A stretch of DNA of 64,000 bases from Minisyncoccota bacterium. GTDB lineage: Bacteria > Patescibacteriota > Minisyncoccia > Phycocordibacterales > VMEP01. The notes beneath the pieces were generated by a model that was not told the DNA's origin, ran no database searches, and saw nothing but the letters and a program-made list of their open reading frames with translations. The DNA is taken from the NCBI GenBank assembly GCA_041661305.1, contig JBAZUR010000001.1:387684-451683 (forward strand), read 5' to 3'. Position 1 is the stretch's first letter; each line of letters begins with the position of its first letter. This document shows positions 27,112-37,826 of this stretch, piece by piece. The translations under genes were made by a program, and so were the position numbers.

Positions 27112-27933
27112 ATGACAAAGGTAACAATTATTAAACCAAAAAAAGTTCTCAGCCTGAGAGATTTTAAAGAACTTTGGGATTACAAAGAGCTCTTGTATTT
27201 TTTTGTATGGCGTGATTTCAAGGTACGCTATAAACAAACCATTATTGGGGTTGGTTGGGCAATATTCCAACCATTTATGACAATGGTCGTTTTCAGTATT
27301 TTTTTTGGAACTCTCTTAAAAATACCTTCTGATAACGTGCCGTATCCAATCTTTGTTTATACAGGACTTCTTTTTTGGCAATTTTTCTCTAGCGCTCTTT
27401 CAGAAACAAGTAGTGTGTTAATTAGTAATCAGGCAATTATAACTAAAGTGTATTTTCCACGACTAATTCTCCCATTATCATCTGTTGCGACAAAACTTGT
27501 TGATTTCGCAATAGCTTCGGTAATTCTTGCAGGAATGATGGTTTATTATGGATATGCCCCACATCTTACGGGATTATTTATCCTCCCCCTCTTACTTGCA
27601 ATCACCTTTATGGCATCTGTTGGTGGTGGATTATTTTTAGCAGCAATAAATGTTAAATATCGCGATGTTCGATATATTCTCCCATTCTTTATTCAGATAT
27701 TAATGTTCCTTACTCCGGTAATTTACCCAGCGAGTATAGCAGGAAAATATTCTTGGATTCTAGCCCTTAACCCAATGATGGGTGTGATTCAATCAGCCCG
27801 AGCAAGTCTCTTGGGAACTGCTCCAATCAACTGGACACTTATTGCGATATCTTTTACCGCCTGCGCAGTACTACTCGCAATTGGTACTATTTATTTCAAA
27901 AAAGTAGAGCGCTATTTTGCAGACATAGCATAA
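27112..27933 (+). CDS. wzm: Polysaccharide ABC exporter permease
   Basis: RDFKVRYKQT..G..W, KVYFPR, YRDV, TPVIYP, LNPM; six TM helices. Confidence 0.93.
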   Translation: MTKVTIIKPKKVLSLRDFKELWDYKELLYFFVWRDFKVRYKQTIIGVGWAIFQPFMTMVVFSIFFGTLLKIPSDNVPYPIFVYTGLLFWQFFSSALSETSSVLISNQAIITKVYFPRLILPLSSVATKLVDFAIASVILAGMMVYYGYAPHLTGLFILPLLLAITFMASVGGGLFLAAINVKYRDVRYILPFFIQILMFLTPVIYPASIAGKYSWILALNPMMGVIQSARASLLGTAPINWTLIAISFTACAVLLAIGTIYFKKVERYFADIA

Positions 27934-27937
27934 AAAT

Positions 27938-29200
27938 ATGAACAACATTATAGAAGTAAAAAATTTAGGAAAAAAATACACGATTAACCATCACCGTGGA
28001 AGTTATGTAGCACTCCGAGATATCCTCACTGCTATTATGAAGAGTCCATTTAAGTTCCTAAAAAAGAAAGCAAAGGAAATAGCTGGTATCGACACAAAAG
28101 AAGATTTTTGGGCACTTAAAGACGTCAGCTTTAATATTGAGCCAGGAGAAGTGGTTGGGGTAATTGGAAGAAATGGCGCCGGCAAATCGACCCTCCTGAA
28201 AATACTTACAGGAATAACACCACCAACAACTGGTGAAATCAGAATGAAAGGGAAAGTTGCTTCCCTGCTTGAGGTTGGAACCGGTTTCCACCCAGAGCTT
28301 ACGGGTAGAGAAAATATTTTTCTAAACGGCGCCATCCTAGGAATGACAAAAAAAGAAATCGTTGAAAAATTTGACGAAATTGTCGCCTTTGCAGGTATTG
28401 ATAAATTCCTCGATACGCCCGTTAAGTACTATTCTAGTGGAATGTACGTACGTCTCGCATTTTCTGTTGCAGCACACATGGAACCAGACATACTTTTAGT
28501 TGACGAGGTACTTGCTGTTGGTGACGCAGAATTCCAAAAAAAATGTCTTGGTAAGATGGAAGAGGTTACAAAAAAATCCGGAAGAACGATTCTCTTTGTG
28601 AGTCATAACATGGCTGCAATCCAGAGTTTATGCAAAAAATGTATTCTCCTTGAAAAAGGAACAGTAAAAATGGTTGGGGAAACAAAAGAGGTTGTGACAC
28701 ACTATCTTAATGATAAAAGTGGAAACACAACATCGATAAGTCTTACGGACAAAAACATAGGTAATGACATTGCAAAACTTCTTGGGGCAAGAATGGTGTA
28801 CAAAACGGGAGAGGAGGCCACATTTGTTTTTTCCGACAAAGAGGTTGGTGTAGAAATGGATTTTGAAGTATTACAAAGCAATCAAAACTTAGTTCCTAAC
28901 ATACATATCTTCACGAGAGCTGGTGAGTATGCTTTTATTAGCCATTCTGACTTAGATGTAAAATTAAACAACACTGGGAAACATCGTGCTACTGCTTGGA
29001 TACCTGCAAACTTACTAAACGAAGGAACATACATAGTCGGAATCGCTCTCTCAACAATGATTCCTCTTAAGGTGCATTTTTATGCTCAAGAAGCTTTAGT
29101 TTTCCAGGTTATGACAAATCTTGACACCGCAAAAAAGAATGATTTTAACCAACGTATACCTGGAGTAGTACGCCCTAAATTAAACTGGAATATTAAATAA
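27938..29200 (+). CDS. wzt: Polysaccharide ABC exporter ATPase with C-terminal Wzt_C domain
   Basis: GRNGAGKST, YSSGMYVRLAF, DEVLAVGD; C-terminal beta-rich extension. Confidence 0.95.
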   Translation: MNNIIEVKNLGKKYTINHHRGSYVALRDILTAIMKSPFKFLKKKAKEIAGIDTKEDFWALKDVSFNIEPGEVVGVIGRNGAGKSTLLKILTGITPPTTGEIRMKGKVASLLEVGTGFHPELTGRENIFLNGAILGMTKKEIVEKFDEIVAFAGIDKFLDTPVKYYSSGMYVRLAFSVAAHMEPDILLVDEVLAVGDAEFQKKCLGKMEEVTKKSGRTILFVSHNMAAIQSLCKKCILLEKGTVKMVGETKEVVTHYLNDKSGNTTSISLTDKNIGNDIAKLLGARMVYKTGEEATFVFSDKEVGVEMDFEVLQSNQNLVPNIHIFTRAGEYAFISHSDLDVKLNNTGKHRATAWIPANLLNEGTYIVGIALSTMIPLKVHFYAQEALVFQVMTNLDTAKKNDFNQRIPGVVRPKLNWNIK

Positions 29201-29204
29201 TAAT

Positions 29205-29867
29205 ATGAAGATAATAAAAAATTATTATTATTTAATCAGAAATAAAATCCTAAAACATTTTATAGGAGCATATAACATTTGGGATATATATGGTGGGCAT
29301 TTTAAGGTAACTTATCGAGGCATACCGACACTTAAATGTCCCTTTGATTATGTAATGTACCAAATGATAATATCTGAACTTAAGCCAGACCTTGTTATTG
29401 AAATTGGAACCAATTTTGGTGGAACATCTCTATATATTGCCGATTTAATGGAGGCAATAGGGCATGGTGAAGTCCACACAATAGACATAGAAGATCGTAC
29501 AGAAAAAACATTAAAACAACATCCACGCATAAAACTATTTACAAATGGCTGGAAAAATTACGATCTGGAAAATACCAGTAAATTCTTAAAAATAATAGTT
29601 ATCGACGATGCTTCACATATATACGAAGACACACTAGAGACAATAAAAACTTTCTCTAAAATAATACCAGTGGGATCATACTTAATAATTGAGGATGGAA
29701 TTGTAACTAGACTCAAAAGAGCTAAGTTGCTTAATGGCGGACCACTACGAGCAATTGAAGATTTTATGAAAACAAATGACTGTTTCGTAGTTGATAATAA
29801 ATATTGCAATATGTTTGGAGAAGATACAACTTTTAATACCAAGGGGTATCTTAAAAGAATAAAATAA
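29205..29867 (+). CDS. CmcI / rhamnosyl O-methyltransferase family protein
   Basis: KCPFD..MYQ, KPDLVIEIGT..GG, DDASH, YLIIEDG. Confidence 0.85.
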   Translation: MKIIKNYYYLIRNKILKHFIGAYNIWDIYGGHFKVTYRGIPTLKCPFDYVMYQMIISELKPDLVIEIGTNFGGTSLYIADLMEAIGHGEVHTIDIEDRTEKTLKQHPRIKLFTNGWKNYDLENTSKFLKIIVIDDASHIYEDTLETIKTFSKIIPVGSYLIIEDGIVTRLKRAKLLNGGPLRAIEDFMKTNDCFVVDNKYCNMFGEDTTFNTKGYLKRIK

Positions 29868-30776
29868 ATGACTAAAGTATTTATAGGAATGCCTGTATAC
29901 AACGGGGAACGCTTTCTAAAAGAAGCACTGGATTCTTTACGTGAGCAAACATTCACTGATTGGGAAATTTTTATTTCTGATGATGCTTCAAAAGACAACA
30001 CTGCAACAATATGTAATGATTTTGCAAAAAAAGATTCCCGGATTTCATACTTTAAGCAAAAAGAAAATATTGGGATGTTTGCAAACTACAAATTTGTCAT
30101 GGATAAAGCAAATGCGGAATACTTTATGTGGGCGGCGCAAGACGATTTGTGGGAAAAGGAATATCTGGAAACATGCATAGAACATTTTAACAAGAACAAA
30201 AACCTTGGACTTGTTACAACCTGTACGATAGCAATCGACTCCTTTGGTCGTACATTAATGAAGGCTCACTGGATGAAAAACCTCTCTGGTAATCCAGGGC
30301 ATTTACAGGTCTCTAAATATGTTTTTCAACCAGAAATACTTGGTAAGTGTAATTTAATGTACTCACTCTTTAAAACAGAAGCTGTAAAAAGTACCTGGAA
30401 TGCATACCCACAAAGAAATGTTTGGGGGCAAGACTACATGTTTAGCTTAGCTGCGATTAGCAGGTTTGGTGTTATTGTTGATGAAAAAACGTTATTTAAA
30501 AAAAGGCTTGGTGGAGCATCTAGTCCACAGTTATCTATAAAAAAAAGCGATGAAGTAGTAACCGCAATGAACTTTAAGAACCCTAAAAATCACATGTTCC
30601 CTTTTGGTCGATTTCAATCATATCTTAACGGGCACATAGAGGCCGTAGATAAAACCACGTACAAACTATTAGTTGCCACCATTCTTTTTATCCGCCTACC
30701 ACGAGCACTTATCATTCATATTAAAGAAAGGAGTATCAAAAACTATATTCAGAGATTAATAAAAAAATTATTATGA
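29868..30776 (+). CDS. Glycosyltransferase family 2
   Basis: GMPVYNGE, ISDDASKD, YFMWAAQDD. Confidence 0.92.
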   Translation: MTKVFIGMPVYNGERFLKEALDSLREQTFTDWEIFISDDASKDNTATICNDFAKKDSRISYFKQKENIGMFANYKFVMDKANAEYFMWAAQDDLWEKEYLETCIEHFNKNKNLGLVTTCTIAIDSFGRTLMKAHWMKNLSGNPGHLQVSKYVFQPEILGKCNLMYSLFKTEAVKSTWNAYPQRNVWGQDYMFSLAAISRFGVIVDEKTLFKKRLGGASSPQLSIKKSDEVVTAMNFKNPKNHMFPFGRFQSYLNGHIEAVDKTTYKLLVATILFIRLPRALIIHIKERSIKNYIQRLIKKLL

Positions 30777-31663
30777 AAAAAATAGTAGTAAAACTTAATG
30801 GTGGTCTATGCAACCAAATATTTCAATATGCTTTTGCGCGCGCATTATCGGACAGAAAAAAAGTTGGGTTTTCTTTAGACATAACACCTTTCTCTACTTA
30901 TTACACAGCTGATCCATATGGATTATCAAAGTTTAATATTAAAGAAAATATTGCAAAAAATTCAGGTCTGTTTGGTTTTATTTGGCTAAGAAAACATAAT
31001 TCATTTTTCAATTTTATATACCACCGTCTAAGACTAAAAAATATAATAAAGTTTTGGTATTACCAAGAAAAATCTTTCAGATACGACCCTGAAACATTCA
31101 CGTCTAAAGCTTCTTATTATGAAGGTTTTTGGCAAACAGAAAAATATTTTAAAAATATTGAAGGCGACATAAGGAAAGAGATAACATTAAGGGCGCCACT
31201 TTCGCCACACAGTAAAGATATATTAAAAAAGATTGAAGAAACTACCGCTATATCAATTCATGTTCGTAGATATGCGTCAGAACACATTACACCTTGGCAT
31301 GGTTTCTGCTCAGAAGAATATTATCTGAGTGCTATCAAAAAAATACTAACATCTTCACACAATCCACATTTTTTTATTTTCTCTGACAATTATAACTGGG
31401 TCTTGGAAAACTTTGTACCAAAACTAAAATCATTAAACATTCAATTCACCTTAGTAAACAACGATAACGATAAAAACGCCGAGGATTTAATACTAATGTC
31501 AAAATGCAAACATCATATTATCGCTAACAGTAGCTTTAGTTGGTGGGGTGCATGGCTTAACCCAAATAAAGAAAAAATTGTTATTGCCCCAAAAAAATGG
31601 TTCGCCCATGCCCCAAAAAACGATACGAGCGACCTAATCCCCGAAGAGTGGATAAGGATGTAA
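30773..31663 (+). CDS. GT11 alpha-1,2-fucosyltransferase-like protein
   Basis: GGLCNQIFQYA, GFWQTEKYF, IHVRR, FSD, IIANSSFSWWGAWL. Confidence 0.92.
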   Translation: MKKIVVKLNGGLCNQIFQYAFARALSDRKKVGFSLDITPFSTYYTADPYGLSKFNIKENIAKNSGLFGFIWLRKHNSFFNFIYHRLRLKNIIKFWYYQEKSFRYDPETFTSKASYYEGFWQTEKYFKNIEGDIRKEITLRAPLSPHSKDILKKIEETTAISIHVRRYASEHITPWHGFCSEEYYLSAIKKILTSSHNPHFFIFSDNYNWVLENFVPKLKSLNIQFTLVNNDNDKNAEDLILMSKCKHHIIANSSFSWWGAWLNPNKEKIVIAPKKWFAHAPKNDTSDLIPEEWIRM

Positions 31664-31667
31664 TTCC

Positions 31668-32678
31668 CTATCCTAAAATATATTTGTCTTTATGTTTTTT
31701 ATAATACTCAAACATTTTGGTTAGTCCATCCTCAAGGCTTGTTTTGGGCTTCCATCCGGTATCTTTGTAAAATTTAGACATATCATTTTCAAAGTTACCT
31801 GTTTCTTCATTTTTATAGTTTTCTGGCCAAGAAACATGTTCTATATTCCCAGATCCCACAATTCGCACAATAAGCTCAACCATTTCTTTAAGCTCAACCG
31901 ATTTCCCAACTCCACAGTTATACAACTCACCATTGGTGGTTTGGTTTATGCCAGCCTGAAGTAGCGCCTCCACCAAATCACTTATGTGTATGTAGTCGCG
32001 TTTTTGGGTACCATCACCAAAAATATTTATAGTCTTCCCCTCCATTGCAAGTCGCATGAACCACCCCGGTACAGAATATTTACTATGTTTTATTTGTTGA
32101 CGTTCACCATATGGATTAGTTATACGAAGAACAACTGTATTTAATCCATAGTTTTTATTATACAGAAAAGAATATTTTTCATTTGTAAGTTTATGTGCAC
32201 CATATAGGTTGAGAGGATTTGCTGGATGATTTTCCGTTACGGGATTTTCTGTAATTTTTCCTAACGCCAAACGAGAACTTGGAAATACTATCTTTGCTTC
32301 TTTGTTTAATTTTCGACACGACTCTAATATGGTCAAGTAACCTTTGCAATTTATCTCAAGATCATCAAAAGGGATATTTCCGCTATCAATAGGACTTACT
32401 TGGGCGGCTAAATTAAAAATAAAATCTTTACCAAGAACGAGTTTCTCTATTAGTTCTTGATCTCTAATATCCCCCATTACCAACAACACTTTATCTTCGA
32501 TTCCATTTATATTAAAAATATTTCCACCGTAAAGAGGTGCCAAATTATCTAATATCGTAACTTTTGCTCCAAGGAAAACAAGCTGATGTGCCAAGTTGCT
32601 CCCAATAAACCCTAAACCACCAGTTATTAAGACCTCCTTCCCTTTATATTTTTTTGTGATATTTTCTTCATCGTTCAT
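31668..32678 (-). CDS. NAD-dependent epimerase/dehydratase
   Basis: TGGLGFIG, YGAHK, NPYGERQ, RDYIHISD. Confidence 0.92.
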   Translation of the reverse strand: MNDEENITKKYKGKEVLITGGLGFIGSNLAHQLVFLGAKVTILDNLAPLYGGNIFNINGIEDKVLLVMGDIRDQELIEKLVLGKDFIFNLAAQVSPIDSGNIPFDDLEINCKGYLTILESCRKLNKEAKIVFPSSRLALGKITENPVTENHPANPLNLYGAHKLTNEKYSFLYNKNYGLNTVVLRITNPYGERQQIKHSKYSVPGWFMRLAMEGKTINIFGDGTQKRDYIHISDLVEALLQAGINQTTNGELYNCGVGKSVELKEMVELIVRIVGSGNIEHVSWPENYKNEETGNFENDMSKFYKDTGWKPKTSLEDGLTKMFEYYKKHKDKYILG

Positions 32679-33199
32679 AATAATTTATATTGCTCATCTC
32701 TCTCAGAAACAATTGGATTTGAAATTGGCCATGCTATATCTACTTTTGGATCATTCCATAATATTCCTCTTTCGTGCTCAGAAGAATATTCAGAAGTACA
32801 TTTATAAATAACTTCGGCACTATCACCCAAGACGACAAACCCATGAGCAAAACCTTCTGGTATATAAAGTTCGTGATGATTTTCTTCAGACAAAATAGCA
32901 CCCACCCAAGAGTACTTTGTTTTAGAGCCATCTCTTATGTCAACAGCAACATCAAATATTTCTCCTTTAACACAACGTACTAATTTACCCTGTGCCATTG
33001 GGCTTTCTTGGTAATGTAGCCCCCTAAGAATACCTTTTGTTGAAAAAGACTGATTTTCTTGTACAAAAGATGGAATACCGTTTTCTTTAAAAATACTTTC
33101 TTTGTGTGTTTCCATAAAAAAACCCCTGTCGTCTTTTAAAACCACTGGTTCTATTAATATAACCTCAGGAATCTCTAGTTTTTTAAACACAAAAGGCAT
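32675..33199 (-). CDS. rfbC: dTDP-4-dehydrorhamnose 3,5-epimerase
   Basis: DDRGFFME, LRGLHYQ, QGKLVRC, DVAVDIR, FAHGF, YKC. Confidence 0.95.
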   Translation of the reverse strand: MPFVFKKLEIPEVILIEPVVLKDDRGFFMETHKESIFKENGIPSFVQENQSFSTKGILRGLHYQESPMAQGKLVRCVKGEIFDVAVDIRDGSKTKYSWVGAILSEENHHELYIPEGFAHGFVVLGDSAEVIYKCTSEYSSEHERGILWNDPKVDIAWPISNPIVSERDEQYKLL

Positions 33200-33386
33200 A
33201 ATGAAACCATATATTATAATAAAATACGAAGAAATGGAATCTATAACAAACCAGATAACAGCAGGGTTCCCAAGTATGACTTTTCAATGTATCGTAAGTA
33301 AACGTAGACAGGGTTAAACACCAAAAACAAAAAAATAAGAATGTAAGAATAGTTATTACCATTTTAATTTATTATCTTAAAAAACC

Positions 33387-35159
33387 ATGTGCGGAATAAT
33401 AACTATTGTCGAAAATAGCAAAAACAACACAAAAAGCGCAAATATAGGCGAAATGCTTTTTTCTCTTTCAAAAAGGGGGCCAGACGAAAAAGGTTCTATA
33501 AATATAGAGAACACTACACTAGGACAAACACGCCTTTCTGTGGTGGATATCAATGGCGGGCATCAACCGATGCGTGACAACTCAAAACAACTCACAATCG
33601 TTTTTAATGGAGAAATTTATGATTACAAAGAGCTCACAAAAACCCTTAAAGAAAAAGGTCACATTTTTTCCACAAACTCTGACACTGAAGTGATTCTCAA
33701 GGCGTACATAGAATATGGGATTGATTGTCCAAAATATCTAGACGGAATGTTTGCCTTTGCAATCTGGGATGATGAAAAAAAAGAACTTTTTATTGCACGA
33801 GATAGATTTGGCAAAAAACCATTTTACTATACATGGATTAACGACATGTTCTTGGGCTCTTCAGAAATTAAGGCGCTTTTCGCTAGCGGGTTGGTTAAGG
33901 GAAAAGTTGACCCTATAGCAATTGATAACTACCTCCAACTTTCATACATACCACCATGGAAAACAGTGTACTCAAACATTCACACACTCCAACCAGCGCA
34001 TGCGTGTATTGTAAAAAATGGGAAGATTAAAAACTGGCAATACTGGCAACTAAAAAATAATCCTAGTGAAATATCGTATGAAGAAGCAAAAAAAATAATA
34101 AAGGATCTACTTAATAATGCTGTAAAAAAACGCACAGTAGCTGATGTTGAGATAGGTAGCTTACTTTCTGGTGGTGTTGACTCAACCATCATAACTGCAT
34201 ATACGCAGAAATATACCAAACAACAAGTAAAAACATTCTCTGTTGGGTATGAAGGGTATATCAATGAACTTCCGTTCGCAAAGCAAGCATCAGAAAAAAT
34301 AGGAACAGAGCACTACACACTACAAACAAAGAGTGAGTTAATTAATGAATTAGAGAAAGTTGTGGATTATTTAGATGAACCACATGCTGATTCTTCAAAT
34401 CTTTCTCAGTATTTGATATCGGGCCTTGCGTCATCGAAAGTTAAGGTAGTGATGTCCGGTGATGGGGCCGATGAATTGTTTATGGGATACGGTTGGTACT
34501 GGAAATACTGGAATACTAATAAACTTATTCGTCTAAAGAATTTCTTTTTCTCAAATCAATTCAAGGAATACTTAAAACACACTGCTATTTTTTCTAAAAA
34601 AGACCGCCTAAATTTATTGATAGATAAATCACTACTAAGTGATGATATTGAAAAAAAATGTACTAATAAAAACACGTGGCTCAATAGGACAAAACAAATA
34701 AATATATTCGATTTGACTACTTATCTACCAGGGCAACTTCTTGTGAAAATAGATCGGATGAGCATGGTGCACGGACTTGAAGTCCGCTCCCCTTTTTTAG
34801 ATTACAAGTTGGCGGAATTTGTCTACAATTTACCGACTGAATTCAAGATGAATAAAAATGGTGGCAAAATAATTTTAAAAGATATTCTTTTAGAAATTAT
34901 GCCAAAAGAATTTGTATACAGGAGAAAACAAGGTTTCGGTGCGCCGGTTAAAGAGTGGCTTCAAACAGAAAGTGTTAAAAGTTTTATCAAAAAAACACTA
35001 AGTGAAGATACTCAGTTGTATAAATTTTTAAAAAAAGAAGAAGTATTAAATATATTTGACACTTCTTACAAAAAAAATGATGATAAAGCTCAATATAAAC
35101 TTTGGTCAATATTTTGCTTAGCACTATGGTTTAAACATCACCAAAAATATCATGAGTAA
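33387..35159 (+). CDS. asnB: Asparagine synthase-like glutamine amidotransferase, likely glycan amidation
   Basis: MCGI, RGPD, FNGEIY, ARDRFGKKP, LSGGVDS, SGDGADELF, EVRSPFLD. Confidence 0.93.
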   Translation: MCGIITIVENSKNNTKSANIGEMLFSLSKRGPDEKGSINIENTTLGQTRLSVVDINGGHQPMRDNSKQLTIVFNGEIYDYKELTKTLKEKGHIFSTNSDTEVILKAYIEYGIDCPKYLDGMFAFAIWDDEKKELFIARDRFGKKPFYYTWINDMFLGSSEIKALFASGLVKGKVDPIAIDNYLQLSYIPPWKTVYSNIHTLQPAHACIVKNGKIKNWQYWQLKNNPSEISYEEAKKIIKDLLNNAVKKRTVADVEIGSLLSGGVDSTIITAYTQKYTKQQVKTFSVGYEGYINELPFAKQASEKIGTEHYTLQTKSELINELEKVVDYLDEPHADSSNLSQYLISGLASSKVKVVMSGDGADELFMGYGWYWKYWNTNKLIRLKNFFFSNQFKEYLKHTAIFSKKDRLNLLIDKSLLSDDIEKKCTNKNTWLNRTKQINIFDLTTYLPGQLLVKIDRMSMVHGLEVRSPFLDYKLAEFVYNLPTEFKMNKNGGKIILKDILLEIMPKEFVYRRKQGFGAPVKEWLQTESVKSFIKKTLSEDTQLYKFLKKEEVLNIFDTSYKKNDDKAQYKLWSIFCLALWFKHHQKYHE

Positions 35160-36303
35160 GGTAAAAGCCATTTACTGGGCGTACAGAAATAAAATAACAA
35201 ATAAATTTTTAGGAGTTGTTCATATGCCAGCTTTGGGAAAAAAGAAGGGAGATGTATTAATCTCGTACATTACCGAGCCATTCACCAACGCGCCTTGGGA
35301 ACCTCTTTCGAACTACCACACGATGTACTGGGAGTGTTATGAACTAGCAAGAATTTTAAGCGAAAAAGGATATTCTTCTGACATAATAGATTCAAAGAAC
35401 ACCGAATTCACTCCCCGAAAACCGTATAAGATCTGTATAGATTCTGAAAAAAACCTGGAGAGATTTCTTCCCTATCTCCCAAAAGACTGTAAAAAAGTTT
35501 TTTTTGAATTCATGTCTGATTGGAAAGCTTACAATGAAGCTGAGGAATCAAGACTTTTGGCGCTAGAAAAAAGGCGTGGAGTTAGAATGATTCCAAGAAG
35601 AAAGTTGGATCCATCAAAAAATGGAGAACTTGCAGACTACATAATAGGGTTTGGAAATAAGACAATATTCAAAACATTTGAAAAGTATAATAAACCTGTA
35701 ATACATATCCCGATATCTTCAGTAAAAGAATTTGATTATCCTGAAAATAAAGATTTTAGTGAATCAATGAAAAATTTTGTATGGATGGGTGGTGGCGGAG
35801 CGGTCCTAAAGGGGCTTGATATAACACTTGAGGCGTTCAGTAAAATGCCTGAATTTAACCTTCACGTACTTGGGCCAGCTTCCGCTGAAAAAGATTTTAC
35901 AGAAGAGTACAAAAAAGAACTTTATGAAACTCCTAATATTAATTATTACGGGAGAGTTGATGTTACTGGAGAAAAATTCAAGGGTATCATTGATAAATGC
36001 TCGGCAGTCGTATATCCGTCAGGAGCGGAAGGAACATCTGGAACAATAGTCCTTGCGATGCATGCGGGATTAATTCCTATAATTTCCCCCGAAACTGGGG
36101 TTGATGAAGCTTCTGGATATATTCCACTAGAAAACCCAACACCAGAATCAATAATTGAAACAATAACTAAATTTTCAAAAATAACAGAAGTTGAAGCTAA
36201 AAAGATTTCAAAAAAAACCTGGGAATATACTAGAAATCATTACACAAGAAAAGCTCATACTGATGCATGTAAAAAATTCATAGAAAAAGAATTAAAAATA
36301 TGA
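35152..36303 (+). CDS. GT-B fold glycosyltransferase
   Basis: KGLD...EAF, YPSGAEG...AMHAGLIPI. Confidence 0.8.
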   Translation: MSKVKAIYWAYRNKITNKFLGVVHMPALGKKKGDVLISYITEPFTNAPWEPLSNYHTMYWECYELARILSEKGYSSDIIDSKNTEFTPRKPYKICIDSEKNLERFLPYLPKDCKKVFFEFMSDWKAYNEAEESRLLALEKRRGVRMIPRRKLDPSKNGELADYIIGFGNKTIFKTFEKYNKPVIHIPISSVKEFDYPENKDFSESMKNFVWMGGGGAVLKGLDITLEAFSKMPEFNLHVLGPASAEKDFTEEYKKELYETPNINYYGRVDVTGEKFKGIIDKCSAVVYPSGAEGTSGTIVLAMHAGLIPIISPETGVDEASGYIPLENPTPESIIETITKFSKITEVEAKKISKKTWEYTRNHYTRKAHTDACKKFIEKELKI

Positions 36304-37145
36304 ATAATCCACTAATCAGTGTAATAATCCCAGTTTACAATTGTGAAAAAACAATTTCTATCGCTCTTGAGTCTATAATTAATCAAACTTATAAAAACTT
36401 AGAAATAATCGTAGTTAATGACGCAAGTACCGATAATACAAAAAAAATAGTTGAAGAAATATCCAAAAAGGATACTAGAATAAAAGTTGTAGATAGTGAA
36501 AGTGATCCAAATCGCTTTGATAAAAAACTAAATCGTAACGTAAATGCGGGATATTCAGCAAGAAATACTGGCTTTAAATACGCAAAGGGAGCGTTAATAA
36601 CATTTCAAGATGCAGACGATGCATCGTTTTTAAACAGAATTGAAATTCAATTTAATTTATTAGAGAAATATAATTCTACCCACCTTACGCTTGATTGGAT
36701 TAATTTTGATGAAAAGTATTTAAACAAAAAATTATTATCAGAAAAATTTCTAAATAATTTAAAAATTCTATCCCCTAATGATCTTTACCTCATGTCCCAA
36801 AGATCAAAAGGATTTGTGGCAAGAATTTCTACATCGTTAAATAAAATTACCCCATTCCACCTAAAAAGACTCCGAATAATACACAGATTATTTTTTGGGT
36901 CATACGAAAACTATCCTGGAGCTGGGAACTCCCCTCTTTTTAAGCGAGAAGTTACTGAAAAAGTAAAATTTAGAAACTTAAAAGAGCGGACTTGGCCGTC
37001 CTTTATGGGCCGTGGTGCTGATAAAGATTTTAATTTCCAAGTCGCTGAAACATTTAAAAATAGTCATGTCTGTTTTATTCCCCTTTATATGTGGAGGGTG
37101 GAGAAAAAAACTGAAAACTATGAGGGGGAGATATTTACAGAATAA
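36300..37145 (+). CDS. Glycosyltransferase family 2
   Basis: SVIIPVYN, VNDASTD, ARNTG, FQDADD. Confidence 0.92.
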   Translation: MNNPLISVIIPVYNCEKTISIALESIINQTYKNLEIIVVNDASTDNTKKIVEEISKKDTRIKVVDSESDPNRFDKKLNRNVNAGYSARNTGFKYAKGALITFQDADDASFLNRIEIQFNLLEKYNSTHLTLDWINFDEKYLNKKLLSEKFLNNLKILSPNDLYLMSQRSKGFVARISTSLNKITPFHLKRLRIIHRLFFGSYENYPGAGNSPLFKREVTEKVKFRNLKERTWPSFMGRGADKDFNFQVAETFKNSHVCFIPLYMWRVEKKTENYEGEIFTE

Positions 37146-37151
37146 AAACTT

Positions 37152-37724
37152 TTACTCACCAAAAAGATTTTGCTCAACCCCCTCACAAATAGAGTGCCCC
37201 AACAACATGTGACATTCTTGTATACGAGGAGTGTCGCTTGAAGGAATTTTTATTATGTAATCACATAATAAATCCATTTTTGAAGGCTTCTCCCCCGTAA
37301 AACCGACTGTTATCATCCCGATATTTTTGGCCTCCTCTAGTGCTAAAATTACATTTTTTGAACCACCAGAAGTTGAGAGTCCAACTAAAACATCCCCTTT
37401 TTTGCCAAGGGCTTTTATTAACCTTGAATAGACAACATCGTAGGAATAGTCGTTAGCAACAGCGGTAAGATAAGAAGTATTAACATGAAGTGCCTCAGAA
37501 GAGAGTGGTTCTCTGTCAAAATAATACCGTCCGGAAAGTTCTGCGGCTAGGTGCTGAGCATCAGCAGCACTTCCTCCGTTACCACACCATAAGGTTTTAT
37601 TACCAGCTTTATAGCTTTCTGTTATAGTTTTGGTTATATCTTCCGCAATACTAATAATCCTAGCATCATCTAATAGTCTCTTCTTTGTATCAATAGATGT
37701 TTGAATTCTGTCTTTGATAAACAT
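37152..37724 (-). CDS. gmhA: Phosphoheptose (sedoheptulose-7-P) isomerase
   Basis: CGNGGSAADAQHLAAEL, ANDYSY, STSG, TPRIQECH. Confidence 0.96.
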   Translation of the reverse strand: MFIKDRIQTSIDTKKRLLDDARIISIAEDITKTITESYKAGNKTLWCGNGGSAADAQHLAAELSGRYYFDREPLSSEALHVNTSYLTAVANDYSYDVVYSRLIKALGKKGDVLVGLSTSGGSKNVILALEEAKNIGMITVGFTGEKPSKMDLLCDYIIKIPSSDTPRIQECHMLLGHSICEGVEQNLFGE

Positions 37725-37826
37725 GTACTTACTATCTCATAAATAACCTATATTTGTAAATTTTAAAACATTTTGATTTCTTGACTAAAAAGTAGCCAGA
37801 CTTTATCATGACCAAGAATAAAATCT